Shown piece by piece: positions 50,450 through 59,209 of a DNA stretch of 64,000 nucleotides. Positions within the stretch are counted from its first letter, which is position 1, and each line of letters begins with the position of its first letter. The DNA is taken from contig CAWCUJ010000046.1 in the NCBI GenBank assembly GCA_963798675.1, positions 55,390 through 119,389 of the forward strand, read 5' to 3'. Under the pieces are notes generated by a model that saw nothing but the letters and a program-made list of their open reading frames with translations, was not told where the DNA came from and did no database searches. A program made the translations under genes and the position numbers. This DNA comes from an uncultured Actinomycetes bacterium (GTDB taxonomy: Bacteria > Actinomycetota > Actinomycetes > Streptosporangiales > Streptosporangiaceae).

Positions 50450-50871
50450 CCGCAGGTGGCACTCTCGTCCTCGATAGTGAAGGACTCGCTAAGCTAGCGG
50501 CGGGCGATGCGCGCACCCGCGGCTATCTTGATAGCGCCCGCGCCCGCGCCCGCGGAGCCCGGGTGGCCGTGAGTGCGATCACGCTGACCGAGGCACTTAG
50601 GGGCGGCGCGCGCGATGCGGCCGTTTACCGTGTGCTATCCAGAATCACCGTCGTGCCAGTGAGCCCTGAGATAGCACGCCGCGCCGGTGAGTTGCTCGGG
50701 CAGACAGGCCTTTCGGGTCATCGCTGCGCCATCAACGCTGTCGTTGCCGCCACGGCGCTTGAACTCCAGCGCCCGGTCGTGTTGCTGACCAGCGACCCGG
50801 ATGATCTGAACAGGCTGGTCGAAGAGCCAGAACGACCGAAGGCGCAGCGCATCACCGTCGTCCACGTGTGA
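50431..50871 (+). CDS. PIN-domain toxin
   Basis: LVLDSEGLAKLA...AINAVVAATALELQRPVVLLTSDPDDL. Confidence 0.75.
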   Translation: MAGRRIAAGGTLVLDSEGLAKLAAGDARTRGYLDSARARARGARVAVSAITLTEALRGGARDAAVYRVLSRITVVPVSPEIARRAGELLGQTGLSGHRCAINAVVAATALELQRPVVLLTSDPDDLNRLVEEPERPKAQRITVVHV

Positions 50872-50932
50872 CCATATGCAGCGTCACCGGCGCTGTGCCC
50901 AGGTGGGAAGCGTTCACGGCCGGGATCTCGAG

Positions 50933-53536
50933 CTAGCCGCCGCCGAAGCACACGAACGGGCTGAACGGCTCGGTGGCCGTGGCCCCGGCGAGCGCCTCGG
51001 CGGGCCGGGTCCCGGCTGCGAGCAGGCGATGATAGGCGGTCATCGTGCCGACGGCGGCATCGTCGGCCACCCGGGTGACGCTAGAGGTCACGGTGGCGGT
51101 GCCCATGTAGAGCAGGGCCGCGGTGAAGCCGAGGATCTCCTCGCCGGGACGCACGACGGTCCGCCCGACATCGCAAGATGACAGGACTACGTGCCGGGGA
51201 GCGGCCGTGAGCTGCTGGATGTCGTAGGCCATGAGCGGGCCGTCGGCCAGGTCGAGCCTGGAGAACAGGAAATTCTCCTGGTCGTGGTGCCCGTGCGCGG
51301 CCAGGTGGGCGAGGGGGGCGCCGTCGAGGGCCCGCAACGCGGCGCTGACGGTGGCCGCATCCGCGAGCAGCGGGCGGCAACCCGGATAGGACGTGGCGAT
51401 CTCGGTGACTTCCCGGGCCGCGTGCTCCAGATCCGGTCCCGCGACCAGCAGCGGCTTGCCGGACGGCGGCCACGTCGCGTCGGCCTGCCCGCGCCGCCAG
51501 GCGGCCAGCCATGAGGACGCTGACGGGCACACGGTGACCGGGCGGCCGCGCAAGTCAGGCAGCACGCCCCAGGGAATGCCGGCCAGCGGGCCCGCCGGGA
51601 TGACGACGATGCCGCGGTCGGCGATCGAAGTGCGCAGCGGCGCGATGATCTCGGCCGTCAGCGTTTCCGCCTGACGCCGGATCGACTCCCTGATCACAAC
51701 CTCGAGGCGGGCGGGCAGCCGCCGCCCGGCCAGGGTGTCAAGATCGGCGTTCAGCCGCCTGGCTGCCTCGGCGGCGGCTTCGAAGTCGCCGAGCCCGATG
51801 AGGCGCGCAGATCCGCTCCGCACGACCACCGCGACCATCTGGCCGCGCCGGGCCAGGATGGCGACCAGGCTCTGCCCGCTCTCGTCCAGGGCCGCGCTCA
51901 CCTCGCCGAGGCTGGCCTGCGCGGTGGCCTGACCCAGACCGCTGGCCTGCCAGCTGTGTTCCCTGATATCGCGCTGCAGCGAGGCGTGCCTGGCGATCAT
52001 CGAAGGGTCGCGGTGGCCGTTCAGCTCGGCATGGCGGATCAGGTAGCTGAGCTGGCGCAGCTCCGCCAGGACGGCCGCCGTCTGCGGGTCGGCGGGCGGG
52101 CGTACCGGCCTGACCCGGAACGCCTGGGCCCGGGAGCGTTCCAGCCAGGCAAATACGAGTGGCGCGGATTTCCGGTCAAGCACCAGCCGCAGGCCAGCGT
52201 CGGCCAGATCCGCACCGAGGGCGGCGGTGCCGGTCTGCAGGTCAACGCTGCCGAGCCGACCGCGCTGGACCTGCACCAGCGCCAGGCCTGCCCGAAGCTC
52301 AGCCAGCGCCGCCCCGGTCTGCCCCTCCCGCTCGGCCAGCTCGGCCCGCACCAATCGGCGCAGCAGGCTGACGGCCAGCGGCACGCCGGCCCTGCGCCGG
52401 CGCACCATCTCCAGGCGTCGCCTGGCCTCATCCGGACGCCCGGCCGCGAGCAGAGCGCGGGCCGCGAGCAACTCGGCCATGTCCGCGTCGTTGGCCAGGC
52501 CGCGGTCGCGCAGCCGCTCGGCCAGCACCAGCGTTTCGGCGACGATGGGCGCCTGGTGTCGTGGTGCGATTGACCGTGCCCGCAGCCGGGTGAGCTCGGC
52601 CACGTAGGCCCAGGCGGCGTTGCCTCGCCGCCGGAAGCGCCGCTCGGCGGCAGCCGCCCACTGGCGCGCTGCCGCCAGCTCTCCAGCGGCCAGCGCCGCT
52701 TGCGCCCGGGTCAGCTGGGCTTCGGCAAGATTTTGATCAAGCCGTTGCCGCCGGGAGGAGGCCATCGCGGCGTCGAGCTCACTGGCCGCGTCGCTGGCCA
52801 GCCCGGCGGCGAGCAGCGCCGCGGCCTTGTCTGTCGCCAGCACGAGGAGAAAGCCGGGAGCGCTCAGCCGGTATGCGTTGGCGGCCACGTTGAACAGCTG
52901 CAGCGCGGCCGGAATGTCGCCGGCCAGCAGGTCGCAGTAACCCAGATTGTGCAGCGCCTTGGCCGCGATCAGGTCGTGGCCCTCATCCGTCGCGACGCGC
53001 CGGCACCAGACCAGGTCGGTGCGCGCCTGCCGGACCTGGCCGAGGCTGAGGTAGGCGAAGCTGCGATTCAGCAGGGCGCTCGCGAGGTTCGCGGTCTCCG
53101 CCGGGTTTCCCTTCAGCTGGGCCACCGCATCGTCGAGCACCTTCAGCGCGTCGCGTTCCCGCCCGGTCCGCATGAAGATCAGGCCTCGCTGGAGAAGCAG
53201 GATGCCTCGGTCATCGGCCGCGGTCAGACGTTCGGCGTGATCCAGGAGGCGGAGCCCGTACTCGGTGCGGCCCAGCTCGGATTCCCACTCGGCCAAGATC
53301 CCGAGGAGCCTGGCGGCCAGGCCATGGTGCATCTCGTGCACCCGCCGCGCGTCGGGTTGCCTCCCGTTTTCCGTCCAGCCCAGCTGCCGCAGTCCCGCGC
53401 GGGCGTAGCGGGCGCCGATCGCGGGGCGGCCCGCGTTGCCCTCCCGCAGGCCGCGCTGGCGCGCCTCGCGGGCCCGGGTCTCGGCGCGAGCGAGCGAACT
53501 GGGGGAGCGGGCTGAGCGCCGCTCGGCGCGGGGCAT
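50933..53536 (-). CDS. TPR-repeat CHAT-domain (caspase-like) protease
   Basis: About 600 aa of TPR-like repeats, then a CHAT domain with the His/Cys dyad (HLAAHGHHD, VVLSSCDVGR). Confidence 0.85.
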   Translation of the reverse strand: MPRAERRSARSPSSLARAETRAREARQRGLREGNAGRPAIGARYARAGLRQLGWTENGRQPDARRVHEMHHGLAARLLGILAEWESELGRTEYGLRLLDHAERLTAADDRGILLLQRGLIFMRTGRERDALKVLDDAVAQLKGNPAETANLASALLNRSFAYLSLGQVRQARTDLVWCRRVATDEGHDLIAAKALHNLGYCDLLAGDIPAALQLFNVAANAYRLSAPGFLLVLATDKAAALLAAGLASDAASELDAAMASSRRQRLDQNLAEAQLTRAQAALAAGELAAARQWAAAAERRFRRRGNAAWAYVAELTRLRARSIAPRHQAPIVAETLVLAERLRDRGLANDADMAELLAARALLAAGRPDEARRRLEMVRRRRAGVPLAVSLLRRLVRAELAEREGQTGAALAELRAGLALVQVQRGRLGSVDLQTGTAALGADLADAGLRLVLDRKSAPLVFAWLERSRAQAFRVRPVRPPADPQTAAVLAELRQLSYLIRHAELNGHRDPSMIARHASLQRDIREHSWQASGLGQATAQASLGEVSAALDESGQSLVAILARRGQMVAVVVRSGSARLIGLGDFEAAAEAARRLNADLDTLAGRRLPARLEVVIRESIRRQAETLTAEIIAPLRTSIADRGIVVIPAGPLAGIPWGVLPDLRGRPVTVCPSASSWLAAWRRGQADATWPPSGKPLLVAGPDLEHAAREVTEIATSYPGCRPLLADAATVSAALRALDGAPLAHLAAHGHHDQENFLFSRLDLADGPLMAYDIQQLTAAPRHVVLSSCDVGRTVVRPGEEILGFTAALLYMGTATVTSSVTRVADDAAVGTMTAYHRLLAAGTRPAEALAGATATEPFSPFVCFGGG

Positions 53537-53562
53537 CCGGCGGGAGCCTCCCAGCTGGCCGG

Positions 53563-54075
53563 TCAGAGAATGAGCGCGGGGGTCACCACAGACCGCCCGC
53601 CTCCGCCGGGTTCGGCCTCGGCCGGGCGGACCACGAGCTGAGCCGGCCCCCGGGGAACTCGGGGGAAAGCGAACCGCCCCTGGTCGTCGCTGGCCACGTT
53701 CAGTGAACCGGCTGCGGTCTTCATCTCGATCTCGCGGCGCTGCGGTGGCGCCAGCCAGCCGTCAACGCGCGCCGTCCCGTCGCGGTTCGCGTCGATCCGG
53801 ATCATGATGGTCAGGCTGTCGCTGTCGAAGGTAATCGTCCGGCTCTGCTCCACGCCGCGAGCAGCGACGGCCGGCCGGTCCTCCTCCGCGGCCAGCCGGG
53901 CCACCTCGATCTCGAGGTCCCGCAGCGCGAGGGAGAAGCGGATCCGCTCAGGAAGATCCGCCGGCATGGGGTCAGCGGCCTCGAACAGCCCGCGGATGTC
54001 GTCAAGCAACCCGAAATCGGCGTCATCGAGCGGCTCGTCAGCCGACGGCCGCCCGCCCGCATCCGAGACCATCAT
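53563..54075 (-). CDS. 170-aa acidic protein with a CarboxypepD_reg-like C-terminus (candidate anti-sigma or protease substrate)
   Basis: ATGA overlap with the sigma-gene stop. N-terminus DDADFGLLDDIRGLFEAADPMPADLPERIRFSLALRDLEIEVARL. C-terminus DDQGRFAFPRVPRGPAQLVV. No TM span and no zinc anti-sigma motif. Confidence 0.7.
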   Translation of the reverse strand: MMVSDAGGRPSADEPLDDADFGLLDDIRGLFEAADPMPADLPERIRFSLALRDLEIEVARLAAEEDRPAVAARGVEQSRTITFDSDSLTIMIRIDANRDGTARVDGWLAPPQRREIEMKTAAGSLNVASDDQGRFAFPRVPRGPAQLVVRPAEAEPGGGGRSVVTPALIL

Positions 54076-54686
54076 CGCGGACTCCCCTGCGGGTCACCGG
54101 CGAGCAGGGTGCGGAGCTTGGCCAGGCAGCGACCGCGAGTGGGACCGATGCTCCCGACCGGCATGCCGAGTGCGGCCGCTACCGTGGCGTAATCCGGACG
54201 CGGCGAGAACGCGATGATCCGCAGCAGGTCCTGGCACCGTCCGGAGAGCCGGCCGATGGCTACCCACAGCGCACGTCGCTGGTCATCGAGGATGACCTGC
54301 TCCTCCGATCCGGGGCGCTCGTCGGGCAGCCCGGCCAGCAATTCCTGATCCGCGGGAAGCTGCCTGCGCCCGGCGGCGCGTACCCGCCACGCTTCCCGCT
54401 TCGCGGTGGTGACCAGCCAGCCGACCAGGGCCGCCGAGTCGTGGATATTGTCCAGGTGAGCGACCAGGCGCAGCCATACCGTCTGCAGCACGTCTTCGGC
54501 ATCACCCGAACTCAGCCCGGCAGCGCGCGCGATCTGCCACAGCAGCGGGCTGAGTTCGGTCACGATCTGGCCGAGCGCGTCGTCGTTCCCCTCCCGGGCC
54601 GCGCTGACCAGGCCCGCGATGCGCGCGCCTCGGTCTGTCTGACTCGCCCGCACCGTGACGGGCCCAAGCGGTCCCGGGCCGTCCAC
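54072..54686 (-). CDS. ECF-type sigma-70 family factor
   Basis: Region 2 DAEDVLQTVWLRLV; region 4 DYATVAAALGMPVGSIGPTRGRCLAKLR. The candidate GTG at 54686 abuts the S8 stop. The long ORF-track extension to 55226 overlaps the S8 gene. Confidence 0.8.
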   Translation of the reverse strand: MDGPGPLGPVTVRASQTDRGARIAGLVSAAREGNDDALGQIVTELSPLLWQIARAAGLSSGDAEDVLQTVWLRLVAHLDNIHDSAALVGWLVTTAKREAWRVRAAGRRQLPADQELLAGLPDERPGSEEQVILDDQRRALWVAIGRLSGRCQDLLRIIAFSPRPDYATVAAALGMPVGSIGPTRGRCLAKLRTLLAGDPQGSPR

Positions 54687-54688
54687 GA

Positions 54689-56587
54689 TCAGCCCTCCCA
54701 GCCCATGTCCTTCAGGGCGGCCAGCACGCGGTTCGTCGTGGTCTGCGCATCGGAGGGGTCGAGCCGCAAGCCAGACTGGGCTGCTCCCGTCAGCAGCGAC
54801 CGAACGATCTCCGCGGCCAGCAGCGGAGCCGAGAACGACGTGCCACTCCAGACCCCGAACCCGCCCGCGTAGTCGTCTGGATCGAGGGCGGCGCGGAAGC
54901 CGGGCAGCGAGACGCCCGGCGGCATCGGGTTGGCCGGATGCGCCCGCATCCGGAGTTCCGGGCTGCGGCTGGCGTTGATGTCCGTCGGCAGGGTGCTGAC
55001 CACGGCCGCGCCCGAGGCCCAGGCCGTGACCCAGTGGCCCCCGTCGCTGAACATCGCCTTGGACCCGTTCGGGTTGAGCGCGCCCACGCTGATCAGCGGC
55101 ACCTGACCCGCAGGAACCGGACGCTGCGCGAACGCCGCCGGATAGAACTTGCGGCTGGTGGCGAAGTTCCCGGCCGCGGCGACGACGACCACCCCCATGC
55201 CGAGCAGCGCCTCGATCGCCTGCCATAGCGCCGAGTCGAGGGCCGCGTCGCTGGCCTCGCTGAAGTAGCCGAGGGACAGCGACACCACGTCGACCATCTT
55301 GGCCGGGTCGCCTGCCGCCTGAGCAGCGGCGACCCGGTTGGCCAGCTCATGCAGGGCGCACAGGAGATCGCCTTCGTAGACAGCGCCGTCGCCGTGCATG
55401 ATCCGGATGGCCAGGACCCGGGCATCGGGTGCGAGCTGGCGCACGATGCCCGAGATGAACGTGCTGTGGCCCGTGTCCGTCGCAAGCTCGCCCAGCAGCG
55501 GATCCGTGGTGATCGGCGTGTCCCATGGACGCCTGATCACCTGGCGCGGTCGGTCGCCGTGCGCCTCCGTGTCCTCGTCCTGCACGCGGATGGCGTCCTG
55601 AATCTCGTGATCGAGCTCGATGAAACCGTCGCCGTCCCCGTTGGGGTCGGTGTTGTAGCCGCCGCCGTGCTTGGCCGTCACATCCAGCCACGGGTGGGCG
55701 CGGACGCCCGTGTCCAGGACGGCGACCACCGCACGCCGGCCGTACACGCTCACGCAGTCCGCAGCCGACATGCGCCTCGGCGGATCGAGCAACACGGCCA
55801 CCGGGGCACGCGAGTCGCCGCCGCTGAACAGGTAGGAGTCAGTGCTGGTGGGCCCGGAACCGTCGTTGTTGGTGCCCGGCCCCCCGCCGATGCCGCCGCC
55901 TCCACTGTAGGCCGGGCTCCCGCTGATAGCGGAGCCGATAAGCAGGTGTTCGAGCCCGATCCCGTCGACGTCTGCCTGGTCCAGGTTCCCATCATGCTTC
56001 CCGGCCCTGGTGGCCGCGCGCAGCGTCTGCAGCGCCCGCCACGCGTCGACCTCGACCGGCCTATCGCCGCCCTTGGCCGGGACCAGCGCTACGGGGCGGG
56101 GCAGTTGCGGCAGGACATCGATGCTCTGTCTGCTGCCGCGGTTCTTGCCGGTGCCCGGCGCAGACGCGACCAGGTTCACCCCGATCCGGTCGAGGATCTT
56201 GTTAAGGGCGTTGATCGGCTCCTGCCCATGCAAGTTGCCGGGAACCAGCAGGGTCTTGGCCCGGTACACCGTCGACTGGGGCGGCGGGTAACCGTCGACC
56301 GCCACGGCCGTCCCGGGGTCGAGCACCCGGGCGCCGTGCCGTAGCAGCATGGCTGCGGGCAGGCTGATCAGGCCGGCCGCCGCGTCATCGTCCCGGGATC
56401 TTGCTCCGTTACCGGCAGGACGTCCCTGGAAGAACCATTTCGCGTTCGGCTCTCGCATGGCATCGCACCTCATCCTGAATCGGCCATCGCGGCAATCCCG
56501 CACAGCTGGAGCGAGTGCCTCCACCCGCTTAGAGCGGCCCCAGGGACCCAGAAATACGCGAGTCCAGGTAACGGATCGGTAACTCAT
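54689..56587 (-). CDS. S8 (subtilisin-like) serine peptidase with an unknown N-terminal region of about 280 aa
   Basis: Triad blocks VAVLDTGV, DTGHSTFISG and SGTSFSAPLLAAE. The likely start is the internal MREPNAKW (about 56458). Confidence 0.85.
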   Translation of the reverse strand: MSYRSVTWTRVFLGPWGRSKRVEALAPAVRDCRDGRFRMRCDAMREPNAKWFFQGRPAGNGARSRDDDAAAGLISLPAAMLLRHGARVLDPGTAVAVDGYPPPQSTVYRAKTLLVPGNLHGQEPINALNKILDRIGVNLVASAPGTGKNRGSRQSIDVLPQLPRPVALVPAKGGDRPVEVDAWRALQTLRAATRAGKHDGNLDQADVDGIGLEHLLIGSAISGSPAYSGGGGIGGGPGTNNDGSGPTSTDSYLFSGGDSRAPVAVLLDPPRRMSAADCVSVYGRRAVVAVLDTGVRAHPWLDVTAKHGGGYNTDPNGDGDGFIELDHEIQDAIRVQDEDTEAHGDRPRQVIRRPWDTPITTDPLLGELATDTGHSTFISGIVRQLAPDARVLAIRIMHGDGAVYEGDLLCALHELANRVAAAQAAGDPAKMVDVVSLSLGYFSEASDAALDSALWQAIEALLGMGVVVVAAAGNFATSRKFYPAAFAQRPVPAGQVPLISVGALNPNGSKAMFSDGGHWVTAWASGAAVVSTLPTDINASRSPELRMRAHPANPMPPGVSLPGFRAALDPDDYAGGFGVWSGTSFSAPLLAAEIVRSLLTGAAQSGLRLDPSDAQTTTNRVLAALKDMGWEG

Positions 56588-56691
56588 GGCGGGCCAGGTA
56601 ACGGCATGACAAGATCATTGGGCCGAACGGGCCGTCGTCCACGCCCCGGTGTTCCCGGGCCCGCCCCAGCACCCGCGCGCTGGCCTGGCGA

Positions 56692-57214
56692 TTACCGCGG
56701 TACCGTCAGCAGCGTCTTGCCGATCGTCGTCCGGGCCTCGATCGCCGCGTGCGCACCGGCGGCCGCGGCCAGCTCGAATTCCTGGCCGATGACCGGCCGC
56801 AGCCGGCCCTCGGCGGCCTCGGCCAGGGCCGTCCGGACTAGTGCCGCCAGTTCCTCCGGGCTCGCCGCCGCGCCGGGTAGCACCGAGACTTGCCTGGCCC
56901 GAGCGAGTTCGGCCGTGACCGGGGCAAAGCTCCCGCTGGCCATGCCGAACGGGCAGAACCGCCCGCCGGCTGGCCACCACCCGGCGCCCGGCCCCGGCCA
57001 CCGTGCCGCCGACGCCGTTGCCCAGGATGGCCGGCAGCGCCGGGAGCATCGACCTATGGGGCGGCTTACCGGCCCGGACCTGCGTCTCGACGAACGTCAC
57101 GTTGGCGAGTTCGACGTCGATGACCACCTCGCCCTGGCCAGCCCGGACCTCGTCCACCTCGGCGGGCTCGAGCACCTCAGGCGGCCCGAACTCCCGCATC
57201 ACCACGGCACGCAC
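56692..57214 (-). pseudogene. Quinone oxidoreductase/MDR-family gene with an internal deletion and frameshift
   Basis: N-terminus MRAVVMREFGPPEVLEPAEVDEVRAGQGEVVIDVELANV (ORF 56615..57214). The C-terminus GRLRPVIGQEFELAAAAGAHAAIEARTTIGKTLL is in another frame (56692..56943). The Rossmann core is missing. Confidence 0.7.
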
Positions 57215-57298
57215 GACGGCGCCTCCCTCATCGGAGCGAATCTATCCGACTCAGATCTTATCGGAATGATTCCCTCCGAATAAAGGTAGGCTGGACGG

Positions 57299-57952
57299 GT
57301 GACGTTCCGGTCCTTGCGCCCGCAGTCCGGGCACGGCCGCCAGGCCGAGGCCCGGCGCAACGACCTGGCCGTACTTGAAGCGGCCCGTGACGTCTTCACC
57401 GCCCAGGGCGCGGGCGCGCCGATCGCGGAGGTCGCCGACCGCGCCGGGGTCGGCATGGGCACGCTCTACCGCCGGTACGGCAGCAAGACCGAGCTTCTGC
57501 AGCGGTTGTGCGTGCTGGCGATGGACCAGGCGCTGGCCGCGGCAGACGACGCCCTGGCCGCCAGCGACCCGTGGGACGGCTTGTGCGGTTACATCCGGGC
57601 CTGCGTCGAGTTGCGCAGCGGGGCGCTCGCCTCGCTGGCCGGGCAGATCGAGACCACCGCCGAGATGCGGAGCACGGCCCGCCGGAGCATGGCGCGGATG
57701 GAGGAAGTCGTCGCCCGGGCTCACCGCGACGGCCGCCTGCGCACCGACGTCACCGCCCTCGACATCACCTGGCTGATCGAGCAGTTCAGCCGCCGGTCCC
57801 CGGCTCACGTCGAGCCGGCCGAAGAGCACAACGTGCGGTCACGGCTGCTCACCATCGCCCTCGACGGGCTGCGAGCGGGACCGGGCCAGCTCCTGCCCGG
57901 CCGCCCGCCGAGCCGCAGCCGCTACGTGAACCGCTGGTCGCGCCGGTCCTAG
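57299..57952 (+). CDS. TetR-family transcriptional regulator
   Basis: APIAEVADRAGVGMGTLYRRYGSKTELL. Confidence 0.85.
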   Translation: MTFRSLRPQSGHGRQAEARRNDLAVLEAARDVFTAQGAGAPIAEVADRAGVGMGTLYRRYGSKTELLQRLCVLAMDQALAAADDALAASDPWDGLCGYIRACVELRSGALASLAGQIETTAEMRSTARRSMARMEEVVARAHRDGRLRTDVTALDITWLIEQFSRRSPAHVEPAEEHNVRSRLLTIALDGLRAGPGQLLPGRPPSRSRYVNRWSRRS

Positions 57953-58110
57953 CTAGAGGCACTGGATGTCGAACGCGGCGTACAGGGCTTCCCGGATGGT
58001 GTCCGGGGCGTCGGCGAGCAGGCCGGAGGCGTAGGGGAGTTCGTCCAGGTGCGCCGGGTCGTTCACGGCGGGGATGCTGGCGGTGAGGGCGTCGAGCTCG
58101 GCCTTGGCGG
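57953..58110 (-). pseudogene. Possible serine-recombinase C-terminal remnant
   Basis: AAKAELDALTASIPAVNDPAHLDELPYASGLLADAPDTIREALYAAFDIQCL* resembles the tail region of large serine recombinases. The rest of ORF 57953..59077 is a shadow of the TauE gene. Confidence 0.35.
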
Positions 58111-58251
58111 CGGGACCCGATGCCGCCCGGCAGAACCACATCGACCAGCTCATCCGCCGACACTGCGGCGCAGACCTGGGTGGATGACTCCCGGCTGGCC
58201 GGCCCGTGCCGCGCAACTGCTGGGCTACTAGCTTGGCTGCGGGCGGCGGGG

Positions 58252-59043
58252 TCAGTGCAGCCCGGACCATAGGTACTGGGCCGCGATGGCGATGGCGAGG
58301 GTGCCGAGGATGCGGCGGATCAGGGTGTCGGGGAGCCGGGATTGCATCCGGGCGCCGGTGTAGCCGCCGGCGATGCCGCCGATGCCCAGGGCGATGCCGG
58401 TGGGCCAGTTGGGGGCGACCGGGCCCTTGCTGATGGACAAGATGGTGAAGGTGATCACGCCGGCGAGGGAGGTCACGAAGGTGGAGGCCAGGGCGGCCGG
58501 GGCGACTTCGGAGGCCGGGCGGCCGGACCCGATCAAGATGGGCGAGAGGATCGAGCCGCCGCCGATCCCGTAGAGGCCGCCGACACAGCCGGTCAGGCAC
58601 GCTAGGAAGATCAGCACGGGGGCCGGGATCTGGCGGGCTGGCCGGGCCGGGTCGCGGTCGCGGGCGGGCCGGGTGGCGGCCAGCCAGATGCCAAGCGGCA
58701 GCAGCAGGGCGGTGATCATTAGGTCGAAGACGTGGGGGCCGGGAACCAGCTCGACCCGGATGACCGATCCGGTGATCACGCCGGGCAGGGTCCCGGTGAC
58801 CAGGAGCAGGGCCAGCCGCCCGCCGGTCTGGTGCTGCCGCCGGTACCGGTACAGCGCCCCGGGCGTGGATACCACGTTGTAGAGCAGGTTGGTGGGGGTG
58901 ACGGCCGGGCTGGGCGTGCCCAGCACGCTGACCTGGAACGGGAGCAGCAGGACCGCCCCGGAGATGCCCGCCGGGGTGGCCACGGCGGAGACGGCGAAGG
59001 CCGCCGCCAGGGCCACGGCCTCGGTCCACCCAGCGCCGAGCAC
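58252..59043 (-). CDS. TauE/SafE-family sulfite/anion exporter
   Basis: Multi-TM, with GISGAVLLLP and GLYGIGGGSILSPIL. Confidence 0.85.
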   Translation of the reverse strand: MLGAGWTEAVALAAAFAVSAVATPAGISGAVLLLPFQVSVLGTPSPAVTPTNLLYNVVSTPGALYRYRRQHQTGGRLALLLVTGTLPGVITGSVIRVELVPGPHVFDLMITALLLPLGIWLAATRPARDRDPARPARQIPAPVLIFLACLTGCVGGLYGIGGGSILSPILIGSGRPASEVAPAALASTFVTSLAGVITFTILSISKGPVAPNWPTGIALGIGGIAGGYTGARMQSRLPDTLIRRILGTLAIAIAAQYLWSGLH

Positions 59044-59209
59044 CTAGCCACAGTAACCGGCTCCAGGCTGCCTGCACACCCTATGCCTGACAAGTTTGCG
59101 CAGGTCAAGTACTGTTAGCGGCCGGGCGTGCCCGGCCGGATGGGCGGCTAACCGGGGCTTACATTGCGGTCGCATGGGGCTGGCGCGAGCGGGTGCGGTG
59201 CTGGCTGTT

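Noticed and set aside
54687-55226. Long N-terminal extension of the ECF sigma ORF
   Set aside because: It overlaps the 3' third of the S8 peptidase gene in another frame. Sigma region 2 begins shortly after the GTG at 54686.
57953-59077. 374-aa minus-strand ORF as a real gene
   Set aside because: Only its last ~50 codons look protein-like (the recombinase tail). The rest is out-of-frame overlap with the TauE/SafE gene, which has clear TM and Gly-rich motifs.
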